Shown: positions 17,978-26,487 of the stretch, one piece after another
Layout of the letters: the number at the start of each line of letters is the position of its first letter
Numbering within the stretch: position 1 is the first letter of the stretch
From: Candidatus Caldarchaeales archaeon
Lineage (GTDB): Archaea; Thermoproteota; Nitrososphaeria_A; Caldarchaeales; Calditenuaceae
Direction: 5' to 3'
Assembly: GCA_039630085.1 (NCBI GenBank)
Contig: JBCNVM010000002.1
Coordinates: 84,721-148,720, forward strand
DNA length: 64,000 bases
Program-made: the position numbers and the translations under genes
The notes under the pieces: model-generated
Databases searched by the model: none
Told to the model about the DNA's origin: nothing
Seen by the model: the letters and a program-made list of their open reading frames with translations, nothing else

Positions 17978-19648
17978 TCAGGAAGGCTTCCTAGCCACCA
18001 TGGCGGCGACGAAGGCGGCCGCGTAGACCAGCACGGTCGCGGCCCCGACGTTGGCGTCCAAGACCCACGCGAGCGCCAGGCCGCCGAGCGCCGAGGAGGC
18101 CGAGATCGCGGCCGAGACCGCCATGTAAGTCGCGGGGCTTCTGGCGAGCAGGTACGCGGTCGCAGGCGGCACGATGAAGGAGGCCACGGTGGGGACCGCG
18201 CCGACTGTCATGAAGGCGGTGATGACCGTCGCCGAGAGCAGCGCCAGGAGGCCGTAGTGGAGGAGCGAGGTCCTCAGCCCGATGGACTCGGCGTAGACGG
18301 GGTCGACGCAGTAGACCGTCAAGGGCCTCCTCGCCGCGAGGACCGCCGCGATCGAGGCCGCCGAGAGGGCCAGCGACCTGACGAGGAACTCGTCCGAGAC
18401 CGCGAGGACGTCCGCGAAGAGCACGTCCTCGATGTTCAGGGCCGCTCCGCCGGCCATGGAGAGCATCACGACCGCCAAGGCCAGCATGGAGGTGAAGGTG
18501 ACCGCGATCGCGACATCGCCCCTCAGCTTCGTCCTCCGCTCGATGTAGGAGACCGAGAGGGCCACCGCGAGGCCGGCGGCGAGGGCTCCGAGGTAGTAGT
18601 CGGCCCCGACCAGGTAGGCAGCGACTAGGCCTGCTATCGCTCCGTGGGAGAGCGCGTCGCCGAAGATCGCCCAGCCCCGCATCAGCGCGAAGCTCCCGAC
18701 CAGAGAGGAGGTGACGGTGACCGCCACCAGCGCGACGACCCCGACCGCGACCACGGCGAAGAAGGCGTCGAGACGCGGCCGCTCCCGGTGGGAGCTCAGG
18801 GCCTCGACGACCTGCATGACGTTCCACCTGACGAGGTCGGCGTAACTTCCGATCCCGCGCTCAGGGTCGAGCCTTTCGTAGTAGACCGGCCCGAGGACCT
18901 CGACCCCAGACCTCGAGGCGAGGTTAGCCGCGACCTCCTTCAGCGTCGTCCCCTCCTCCTCGGCCTCCAAGAGTATCGGAGCTCGTAGCCGACCGATCTC
19001 GACGAAGACCCGCTCCAGCCTCGAGAGCTGCTGCTCGAAGGTCCCAAAGCCCTCGGTGAGCGCGATCGCCCTCACACTTCTCATCCCCCTCAGGAGGTCG
19101 TCGAGCGAGGGCCTGATCGTCACGACAGCGGCTCCGGGGCTTATCGAGCGGCCCATCTCGTCGACCCACGACGCGAGAAGCCTCAGCTCCGCGATGGCCC
19201 TCTGCCTGTTGAGCTCTATTTTTTCGGAGGCATGGGGGAAGTGCCTAGCGAGGACCCACGCCAGCGCGTCGACGATCCCAGCGGCGCCCTCGGGCGAGAG
19301 CCAGAACGCGGACCTCACCTCGCCGATGCCCAGCAGCTCCGAGAGCCTGTACGTCGGGAGGCCCCTCCTGACCGCGGACGCCAGCTCTCCGACCCTCGCC
19401 TCGGCTCCGTAGCCGACGTAGACGAAGACCTCCGCCCTGACGATCCTCTCGACCGCGCTCGGCCTCATCCTGAAGGACGCGGAGCTCGACCCGCCGAGGA
19501 GGCTCTCAACCCTGACCACGCCATCGCCCACGTCTCCCGCCAAGTCCGCGAGGACCTCCGTCGTGACGAGGACCAGCGGCCGCTCAGGGACCTCGGACGC
19601 GTTCGAGAGGAGGGCAGCTGCTGCAAAGAGCGCGACGAGGGCTAGCAA
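17978..19648 (-). CDS. Mn/Zn ABC transporter, fused substrate-binding (TroA/ZnuA-like) and permease (ZnuB/MntB-like) domains
   Basis: N-terminal signal plus SBP (FWLSP, YADLVRWN); C-terminal permease (GDALSHGAIAG, VGAVPTVASFIVPPATA); one continuous ORF. Confidence 0.85.
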   Translation of the reverse strand: MLALVALFAAAALLSNASEVPERPLVLVTTEVLADLAGDVGDGVVRVESLLGGSSSASFRMRPSAVERIVRAEVFVYVGYGAEARVGELASAVRRGLPTYRLSELLGIGEVRSAFWLSPEGAAGIVDALAWVLARHFPHASEKIELNRQRAIAELRLLASWVDEMGRSISPGAAVVTIRPSLDDLLRGMRSVRAIALTEGFGTFEQQLSRLERVFVEIGRLRAPILLEAEEEGTTLKEVAANLASRSGVEVLGPVYYERLDPERGIGSYADLVRWNVMQVVEALSSHRERPRLDAFFAVVAVGVVALVAVTVTSSLVGSFALMRGWAIFGDALSHGAIAGLVAAYLVGADYYLGALAAGLAVALSVSYIERRTKLRGDVAIAVTFTSMLALAVVMLSMAGGAALNIEDVLFADVLAVSDEFLVRSLALSAASIAAVLAARRPLTVYCVDPVYAESIGLRTSLLHYGLLALLSATVITAFMTVGAVPTVASFIVPPATAYLLARSPATYMAVSAAISASSALGGLALAWVLDANVGAATVLVYAAAFVAAMVARKPS

Positions 19649-19651
19649 GGG

Positions 19652-20359
19652 CTACCACTTTCCGTTGTAGGCCTCGGAGAGCAGCCTTTTCTCGGAGAGG
19701 ACCTCGTGGGGCTTCCCGACCGCAAAGACGCGCCTGTTGAGGAGCACGACCCTGTCGAAGGGCGTCGGGTCAGGGACGTGGTGCTCCGAGATGAGGACGT
19801 GCTTCCCCCTCCGCTTCTCCTCCTCGAGCGCGGAGATCACCGCTCCCTCGCTGGGCCTGTCGATCGACTCGAAGGGCTCGTCGAGCAGGTAGACGTCCGG
19901 GTCCTGCGCCAGCGCCCTCGCGATCAGCGCCCTCGCGAGCTGACCGCCCGAGAGCTCCGAGAGCCTCCTGTGCCTCAGCCCGGATATCCCCACCCTCTCC
20001 ATCGCCTCGTCGGGGTCTGCCCTGAGGCCACGCCCCCTCGCGACCTCCGAGCCCATCTCCACCAGGTCCATCACCCTCAGCGGCGGGCCGAGCGCGATCG
20101 ACCTCTGCTGCGGGACGTAGGCGACCCTTCTCCTCACGGACCTGTCGGACCAGGGGTCCGAGCCGAGGACCTCGACCCTACCTCTGTAAGGCCTAATCAG
20201 CCCCGCGAAGGCCCTGAGGAGCGTCGACTTGCCCGCGCCGTTGGGGCCCATCAGCAGCACCATCTCGCCCGCGTTCCCCGAGAAGGTCACGCCCTCGAGC
20301 GCCCTGCTCCCGTTGTAGCCCGCGTAGAGGTCGACGGCCCTGACCAGGACCCCCGGCAT
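19652..20359 (-). CDS. Mn/Zn ABC transporter ATPase
   Basis: GPNGAGKST, AYVPQ, LSGGQ, LLDEP. Confidence 0.92.
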   Translation of the reverse strand: MPGVLVRAVDLYAGYNGSRALEGVTFSGNAGEMVLLMGPNGAGKSTLLRAFAGLIRPYRGRVEVLGSDPWSDRSVRRRVAYVPQQRSIALGPPLRVMDLVEMGSEVARGRGLRADPDEAMERVGISGLRHRRLSELSGGQLARALIARALAQDPDVYLLDEPFESIDRPSEGAVISALEEEKRRGKHVLISEHHVPDPTPFDRVVLLNRRVFAVGKPHEVLSEKRLLSEAYNGKW

Positions 20360-20367
20360 CCTGCTGA

Positions 20368-20383
20368 GTTAACCCTGGTAAAC
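20368..20383. promoter_or_regulatory. Imperfect palindrome GTTAACC-CT-GGTAAAC, candidate metal-repressor operator
   Basis: 6/7 inverted repeat between the minus-strand TTAAAA box (about 20386-20391) and the ATPase ATG (20359). Confidence 0.45.
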
Positions 20384-20446
20384 AATTTTAACCTTCCTTC
20401 ACTTTCCGAGCCGGTCACGGATAAATCGGGCGGCGAAGTTATTCGG

Positions 20447-20513
20447 GGTGCGGCGATGACCGGTCAGGGTTACCGCGACGGAGTGAGCGGAAGGCGTTTG
20501 AGAGAGCCGCGCC
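20447..20513 (+). ncRNA. Candidate double-guide box C/D sRNA targeting 23S rRNA
   Basis: Terminal stem GGTGCGGC/GCCGCGCC; box C-like GCGATGA. Guide GGTCAGGGTTACC pairs with 62167-62179 (13 bp, one G-U). Guide AAGGCGTTTG pairs with 63017-63026 (10 bp, one G-U). D'/D boxes are degenerate (GCGA, GAGA). GATAAAT box about 25 nt upstream. Confidence 0.72.
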
Positions 20514-20568
20514 GAAGCGCCGGTGACAACCTTTATCTCAAGCCCGAGGACCGTTAGGTGACTATAAC

Positions 20569-21255
20569 ATGCGTCTCAGTCTAGTGGTCGGGGCGGTCGT
20601 CGCGCTGACGTTACTGTTCGCGGTGTCACCGGTCGCTCAGGCGTCGAGGCCGCTCCCGGGGACGAACTTCGCCAATGCTCCCTCCCTCAGGCCCGGTTCC
20701 TACACCTATGACCTCCAGCCCGGCGACCTCCACTTCTTCAGGGTCGACCTCGTCAAGGGGCAAACGCTCTTCGTGGTGGTCAGGGTTCCGGCTGACCAGG
20801 ACTTCGACGCGGTCCTCTTCTCGCCGGAGAGGGACCCGATCGAGCAGAGCGTGAGGCCGAGGGGATTCTACGAACGGATCTCCTACAAGGCCGTCGCCTC
20901 AGGCCCCCACTACATCGTGGTGTATCCCTTCGGCCCCTCTAGGGGAGTTTACACGCTCGAGGTCTCGGTGCTCGACGAGCCCGCGGTTACGGTCACGGTC
21001 ACCGCGACCGAACTCAGGTACGTCACGGTGACGGTTCCCGGAGCGACTGTAACTGCGCAGGTGGTCTCCTTCAGGACGGTGATGCTCGAGCCGAAGGACG
21101 TCGGGACCGAGGCCTGGAGCGCGATCGGGATGGGGCTGGTCGCGATCGGGCTGGTCGCTACGGCGGTGATCTTCCACGACTCCATCACAAAGCTGAGGGG
21201 GGCTCAGGGCGCCGAGGCGCGGCCTAGGCAGGAGGGTGGAGGCGAGGGAGGGTGA
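20569..21255 (+). CDS. Cell-surface protein with PPC-like beta domain, Thr/Val-rich linker and C-terminal TM anchor
   Basis: Signal peptide, DFDAVLFSP, GVYTLEV, VTVTVT repeats, TM helix. Confidence 0.7.
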   Translation: MRLSLVVGAVVALTLLFAVSPVAQASRPLPGTNFANAPSLRPGSYTYDLQPGDLHFFRVDLVKGQTLFVVVRVPADQDFDAVLFSPERDPIEQSVRPRGFYERISYKAVASGPHYIVVYPFGPSRGVYTLEVSVLDEPAVTVTVTATELRYVTVTVPGATVTAQVVSFRTVMLEPKDVGTEAWSAIGMGLVAIGLVATAVIFHDSITKLRGAQGAEARPRQEGGGEGG

Positions 21256-22013
21256 CCCGCGCGTTCAGCGGCAGAGTCTTCTTGGCCGTGGTTTTGGTCG
21301 TAGGGCTGGCGCTGGGCCTCTCGGGCTACTTCCTCGGGTACTCGGCGGGACGCGAGGAGGCGCTCGCGGAGTTCAGACAGCTCAGGTCGGTGAACGAGAG
21401 GCTGGGGGCCGAGCTCGAGTCCCTCAACGCGCAGCTCTCCCAGCTCAGGCTCGAGCGGGACGACCTCAGGGTGAGGGTCAACTCGCTGCAGGCGAACCTC
21501 GCCTCGCTCAGCGAGTCGGTGTCCGCGCTCCAGTCGAGGCTAAGGGCGGCTGAGTCGACCTCGGCGGAGCTCGGCAGGAAGGCCGAGAGGGCGAGGTCCG
21601 TGATCTCGAGCTTAGAGAAGGCGATCGCCATCTACACCCAGATCTCGGGAAGGGACCTGCTCCTCCAGCTCCTCTTCGTTGACGTCACGGACGTCCAGCA
21701 GCTGAACGAGACCCGCGTCAGGACCTTCCTAACTGAGTACTGGTCCGGGCTGAAGTCGACGGTCGCGGAGTACGAGCCGCAGCTCACATCCTCGGTCGAC
21801 AGGATAATCGGCAACATCGGCGGCGTCATCGATTACATCAGGTGGCTTCAGCGCCAGCCGCCCGCCGGGGCGAGCTCCGACGAGATCCTCAAGTGGCTCC
21901 TCGCGTACCCCTCGAGCTTCGACGCGTACCAGGAGTCGGTCCTTCGGTTCCTCGACGAGTTCATGCTCTCCGTCTCCTCGAAGATCATCGCGCTCCGGGA
22001 CGTCGGCCTCTGA
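21252..22013 (+). CDS. Membrane-anchored coiled-coil hypothetical protein
   Basis: N-terminal TM helix followed by a long heptad region; GTGA overlap with the previous gene. Confidence 0.7.
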   Translation: MTRAFSGRVFLAVVLVVGLALGLSGYFLGYSAGREEALAEFRQLRSVNERLGAELESLNAQLSQLRLERDDLRVRVNSLQANLASLSESVSALQSRLRAAESTSAELGRKAERARSVISSLEKAIAIYTQISGRDLLLQLLFVDVTDVQQLNETRVRTFLTEYWSGLKSTVAEYEPQLTSSVDRIIGNIGGVIDYIRWLQRQPPAGASSDEILKWLLAYPSSFDAYQESVLRFLDEFMLSVSSKIIALRDVGL

Positions 22014-22061
22014 CGTCCGGGAAGGTCTAAATCGATCCGCACGGAACCCGGTGTTGCGGAA

Positions 22062-22171
22062 AGCCCGGTCGTCTAGCGGTCAAACTGGCCAGAGGACCAG
22101 GGATTCCGGGCTTTGGATCCCCTCTGGGGAGGAGGAACCCGGAGACGCCGGTTCGAATCCGGCCCGGGCTA
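22062..22171 (+). tRNA. tRNA-Gln(TTG) with two introns: 17 nt at 21/22 (22084-22100) and 20 nt at 37/38 (22117-22136)
   Basis: Acceptor AGCCCGG/CCGGGCT-A. Motif 1: GGTC/GACC helix with AA^A and AG^G bulges. Motif 2: CTTT/GGAG helix with GG^A and GA^A bulges. T arm GCCGG-TTCGAAT-CCGGC. Confidence 0.93.
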
Positions 22172-22308
22172 CCTCAGAGCACGACGTCGAGATGCGAAGG
22201 GCCTCGGTCAGGTCTACTCTGTGGACCGTCAGCTCCCGCTGGGACCTCGCAGGGCACTTGGAGAGCGTCGCGCACGCAAATATACCGGGTCCGACTTCGT
22301 TCGTGGGA

Positions 22309-23238
22309 TTGACCGGATTCGGCGAGGTCATCGCGAGGCTCGAGCGCGAGAGGAGGCCCTACGCGATCGCGACCATCGTCAGGGTCGAGGGCTCCTCGCT
22401 GGGGAAGCCGGGGTTCAAGATCGTCGTCGACGGTGAGGGCAGGGTCCTCTACGGGACGCTCGGGGGCGTCTGCCCCGAGGGCCCGATCGTCTCGGTCGCG
22501 GTCGAGGCGATCAGGCAGGACAGGCCGAGGCTCGTCACGGTCCACCTAGTAGGCCCGGAGGAGTCGGTGGCCCGGATGGCGGCGGGGAAAGCGTCGGAGG
22601 ACGAGATCTTCGTCGAGACCTTCTGCGGCGGGAGGCTCGAGATCTTCGTCGAGCCGAGATCACCGAGGAGGAGGCTCGTGATCGTGGCGCAGGGAGGGAG
22701 GGACGACGTCGAGGAGGCGCTGGTGCGTTTCGGGAGGATACTGGGGTTCGAGACGGTCGTCGTCAACCCCGCGCCGGCCCTGACCGTCGATCCGGACGTC
22801 CTGATCACCGACCTCTCCTTCGACATCGGCTCGCTGAACCTCGGGGAGCGGGACTACGTCGTCGTCTTGACGAAGGGAGGGAGGGACTTGGAGGTGCTGG
22901 AGGGCCTCTCGAGGACGAAGGCGGGCTACGTGGGGCTGGTCGCGAGCAGGAAGCGGGTCGCTAGGAACGTCGAGCTCCTCAGGTCGAGGGGCGTCAGCGA
23001 GGAGTTCATCACGTCCCTCAGCGCTCCAGCAGGGATCGACATCGGGGCCTACACGCCGGAGGAGGTGGCCCTGGCAGTCGTCGCGGAGATCGTCGCCAAG
23101 ATCAGGGGCGTGAGGGTGAGGAGGAAGGGAGAGGAGGGGCAGGCACGGGCCGCGGGGCCGACCGGGACGACCGAGGCGGCCGGAGAGGTCAGGGTAGTGG
23201 GTGGGGCCTGCGAGCCTTCGCCGAGGGCCGGGGCCTGA
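22309..23238 (+). CDS. XdhC/CoxI family molybdenum-hydroxylase accessory protein
   Basis: ATIVRVEGSS, GTLGGVCPEG, CGGRLEIFVEP, YVGLVASRKR, PAGIDIGAYTPEEVALAVVAEI; start trimmed because the track ORF overlaps tRNA-Gln. Confidence 0.9.
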   Translation: MTGFGEVIARLERERRPYAIATIVRVEGSSLGKPGFKIVVDGEGRVLYGTLGGVCPEGPIVSVAVEAIRQDRPRLVTVHLVGPEESVARMAAGKASEDEIFVETFCGGRLEIFVEPRSPRRRLVIVAQGGRDDVEEALVRFGRILGFETVVVNPAPALTVDPDVLITDLSFDIGSLNLGERDYVVVLTKGGRDLEVLEGLSRTKAGYVGLVASRKRVARNVELLRSRGVSEEFITSLSAPAGIDIGAYTPEEVALAVVAEIVAKIRGVRVRRKGEEGQARAAGPTGTTEAAGEVRVVGGACEPSPRAGA

Positions 23239-23286
23239 AGGAGCGACCCGGCTCACGCTTATACCCCACTTCTCTCAGTCCAAGTT

Positions 23287-23583
23287 GGGGACGGGCAGCT
23301 GGGCGGGCTTCGGGGAGATCCCGGGGAAGTTCCTCCCTCCCACGGTGGGCCCGGTGCCGCGAGGCACGGGGGGAGACCCCTGGCAACGCCACAGAAACGA
23401 CACCCCTCCGGCCGGATGCGGGCTGACGCGGGAGGTCCCGCCGACGACGGCCGGAGACCGGATGAAACGGGCGTCCCGGGCGGAGAAAGTGACCGGGGCC
23501 GTGAGCCCCACCGTCGAGCCCTGGAGGGACGAGAAGACGGATCCCGCCTAAAACGGAAGGAGGGCTACGGGCTGCCCGTCCCC
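23287..23583 (+). ncRNA. rnpB: RNase P RNA
   Basis: P1 GGGGACGGGCAGC/GCTGCCCGTCCCC; P4 halves GGGGAAGTTCCTCC and AACGGAAGGAGGGCTA; conserved ACAGAAAC and GATGAAAC elements; CTTATA box upstream. Confidence 0.92.
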
Positions 23584-24824
23584 GCCGCTCTCTCCTTCTT
23601 CCCCCTGCCGAGCCTCTCGTGGGCCCTCGCGAGGTGGTGAGCCGAGAGGGCGGACATTAGCGAGAGCTCGCCGGCCAGCGCGGCCGCCGCCAGCACCTCC
23701 GCGAACCTCTTCGCGTTGGTCCCCGGAGGGTCTCCGGGCCCCGCGACGCCCATGATCGAGAGCGCGGCCCTCTGCGCGGGGAGCCAGGTGCCGCCGCCGA
23801 CGGTCCCGACCTCGAGGCTGGGCATCGTGAGGCTGAAGTAGAGGTCGCCGTCCTGCGTGACGTCTGCGAAGGAGATCGACATGCTGGACTCTACGACCTG
23901 TGCGGGGTCCTGGCCGGTCGCGATGAAGACCGCCGCGACCACATTCGCGACGTGGGCGTTGAAGCCCCCGAGGGCCCCCGCCAAGGCAGACCCGACGTAG
24001 AGCTTCGCGGAGACCACCTTGACCACGGCCTCGGGGGTCGTCTTCAGCACCGAGGCGACCGCCTCCCTCTTGATCACGGCCTCCGCGGAGACGGTCTTCC
24101 CCCTTCCGGTCACCCAGTTGACGGCCGCGGGCTTCTTGTCGGTGCAGAGGTTGCCGCTGAGGGAGACGTGCCTGACCCAGTCGAGCCTCGACGCGATCTC
24201 CTCGACGACGCGCTCCGCTGCCCTCGTGACCATGTTCATCCCCATCGCGTCGCCCGTCGTGGCCTCCATCCTGAGGAAGACGTACTTCCCGGCTACGAAG
24301 GGCCTGATCGCCCTTAGGTCGCCGTGGGAGGTCGTGGACCTGAAGGCCTCCCTGAGGACCTGGAAGTTCTCCTCGATCCACTTCGCGAGCCTTAGGCTCC
24401 ACTCGAGGCCCGGAGTCTCGAGCGCTGGGGCTCTCGTCATCTTGTCGTCCAAGACCCTCGCCCTCACCGCGCCAGAGGCCCTTATCGCGGAGGCTCCCCT
24501 GTTCACCGTCGCGACCAAGGCGCCCTCCGTCGTCGCAAGGGGGACGTAGGCGTCGCCCCTGAAGTGTTCGCCCTCGACCGGAATGGGTCCGGCTATACCA
24601 ACAGGAACAGTGACGCCCCCTATCGTGTTCTCGCAGTTCCGGCCGATTATCCCCTCGAACGGCAGGTCGACGTTCAGGGCCGAGAGGTCCAAGTGGAGCT
24701 TGCTCTCGAGGAACCTCCTCCGGAGCGCGGTCGCGTGTCTGGGACCGACGATCTCGTCGAGCGCGTGGAGCTTGACCCTCCCGGTCAGCAGGTCCTCGAG
24801 CGTGACGGCCTCGGTCCCGCTCAG
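23565..24824 (-). CDS. hmgA: HMG-CoA reductase (NADPH, class I), probable CTG start
   Basis: CENTIG, PLATTEGALVA, TGDAMGMNM, GNLCTDKK, GTVGGGT. The frame is open to CTG 24824 and encodes the typical N-terminus (LLTGRVKLHALD...LRRRFLE). Confidence 0.93.
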   Translation of the reverse strand: MSGTEAVTLEDLLTGRVKLHALDEIVGPRHATALRRRFLESKLHLDLSALNVDLPFEGIIGRNCENTIGGVTVPVGIAGPIPVEGEHFRGDAYVPLATTEGALVATVNRGASAIRASGAVRARVLDDKMTRAPALETPGLEWSLRLAKWIEENFQVLREAFRSTTSHGDLRAIRPFVAGKYVFLRMEATTGDAMGMNMVTRAAERVVEEIASRLDWVRHVSLSGNLCTDKKPAAVNWVTGRGKTVSAEAVIKREAVASVLKTTPEAVVKVVSAKLYVGSALAGALGGFNAHVANVVAAVFIATGQDPAQVVESSMSISFADVTQDGDLYFSLTMPSLEVGTVGGGTWLPAQRAALSIMGVAGPGDPPGTNAKRFAEVLAAAALAGELSLMSALSAHHLARAHERLGRGKKERAAGTGSP

Positions 24825-24825
24825 C

Positions 24826-26361
24826 TCACCTCACCACCTTCGGGACCGTCGGCGAGTACCTCATCCTCTCCCTGACGGGCTTCGGCCAATCGTCGACCTC
24901 GAACCCGTGCCTCGCGAGGAAGGCCGCGGCCCACCTCGAGATCCCGTGGCCGATGCAGCCGGTCCAGATCGGCCTCTCCTTCACCTCCTTTATCCTGAAG
25001 GCGTTGACGTAGAAGTCCCTGTGCACCGTCGCGGCCGTGATCTCGAGCCACTCGGCGCTCTCCCTATCTCCCCTGTAGGCCATGTAGACCTCGACGTCGA
25101 GCGTCGGGATCTTCGCGGACGTCGAGACGTCGATCACCCTCTTCCTGGCCTCCTCGGGGGAGAGGTAGAAGGGCGCTCCAGCGACGACCCGCCACTCGAG
25201 GTCCAAGTCCTTATCGACTACCTCGACGGCCCTGTCGACGACCGAGTCCCTCAGCTCGACGACGTCCTCCGGAGAGCCTAGCACCACCATCTCCATCCTG
25301 AGGAACTCGTTGGTCCTGACGATCCCCTCGACCCCTCCCGCCTCGTTCCTCCACGTCCACCCTCCCATCACGTCGAAGGCCTTCACCGGGAGGTCCTCGA
25401 CCCTGACGTACTCCTGGCTGAAGAACTGGTAGAAGGGCGGGCACTGGACCGCGTCCAGGACGTACCTCGGGTCCTCGAGGACGCCCCTCAGCAGGTCAAT
25501 TCTGAGCTCCTTCCTGAGCGAGTACTCCCTCTTGAACTCGGTGAAGGCGTCCGGGTCCCTCGGGGGCGGACAGACGTAGAAGAGGCCCTCAGGGAGGTGC
25601 TCGACGTAGGTGGAGAGCCTCTGGAAGACCTCCATCGGGAGGAGCCTCGGGAAGACCCACTCTTGGAAGCCGAGCGGCAGGCATATTCGGTCTATTATCA
25701 GCTGAACTATGGACCTGATGAGCGAGGCCATGGGAGGAGCGTAGATCCACTGGCCCCTACCCGGGAAACGCTTGATCCAGCCGAGCGACTCCGCCACCTG
25801 CCCCACGTCCTCGGTCACCTTCTGGGGCTTCGCGGGACCTCTCCTCAGGACGGTCCCGAAGGTCGCCGGGACCACGATCTCCTCCGCGACCGCGCTGACC
25901 CTCACCCTCCTCAGCGCCCTCTCCACGAGCCTGTCCTGTAGCTCCTTCTCGGTAAGGCCCGCGAACTTGACCTCGAGCGACTCCCCGACCTGCGAGACCT
26001 CCGCGACGCCCTCCAGCTCCCTCACCGCCCTCTCCCTGTCGAAGCCCCTCTCCAGCCGGACCCTCAGCTCCTCGACCAGCGTCCCCCTGACCCCGACCCT
26101 GTAGGACCTCCCCATCGACTCCGCGACCGCGTTCTTCAGCCTCAGGACCGCGTCGGTCGCCCATACCGCGGTCCCCGACTCGACCTCGAACTGGAACTCG
26201 TTCCCCCTCAGCTCGAACCTCAGCAGCCTCGCGCCCTCGGCCGCCTTCTCCGGCGAGACTCCCTTCGAGAGGGCCGCGTTGAGGTCCGCGACGACCCTCT
26301 GGAGGCCCTCCGCGTCGACGGACGGCGCTGCGCTGAGGACGAACTTGCCCCTCGCGAGCAT
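24826..26361 (-). CDS. serS: Seryl-tRNA synthetase, methanogen (type 2) form
   Basis: Alpha/beta N-domain (ESGT..WATDAVLRL..YRVGVRG), GWIKRFPGRGQW, QCPPFY, WRNEAGG..GIVRTNEFLRME, WTGCIGHG. Confidence 0.9.
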   Translation of the reverse strand: MLARGKFVLSAAPSVDAEGLQRVVADLNAALSKGVSPEKAAEGARLLRFELRGNEFQFEVESGTAVWATDAVLRLKNAVAESMGRSYRVGVRGTLVEELRVRLERGFDRERAVRELEGVAEVSQVGESLEVKFAGLTEKELQDRLVERALRRVRVSAVAEEIVVPATFGTVLRRGPAKPQKVTEDVGQVAESLGWIKRFPGRGQWIYAPPMASLIRSIVQLIIDRICLPLGFQEWVFPRLLPMEVFQRLSTYVEHLPEGLFYVCPPPRDPDAFTEFKREYSLRKELRIDLLRGVLEDPRYVLDAVQCPPFYQFFSQEYVRVEDLPVKAFDVMGGWTWRNEAGGVEGIVRTNEFLRMEMVVLGSPEDVVELRDSVVDRAVEVVDKDLDLEWRVVAGAPFYLSPEEARKRVIDVSTSAKIPTLDVEVYMAYRGDRESAEWLEITAATVHRDFYVNAFRIKEVKERPIWTGCIGHGISRWAAAFLARHGFEVDDWPKPVRERMRYSPTVPKVVR

Positions 26362-26487
26362 CCTCAAAGCCTTTCCACGACCTGTGGTCCTCCGGTAACA
26401 TAAACTTACGCGGAATCCCGCTGAGGCCTCCGCCATCGACCTTCGCTGTAGACTGATATAGGACCCGGGGTCGAGGGTGATGCGAGG

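Noticed and set aside
23189-23640. Short ORFs between xdhC and hmgA
   Set aside because: The region is explained by RNase P RNA.
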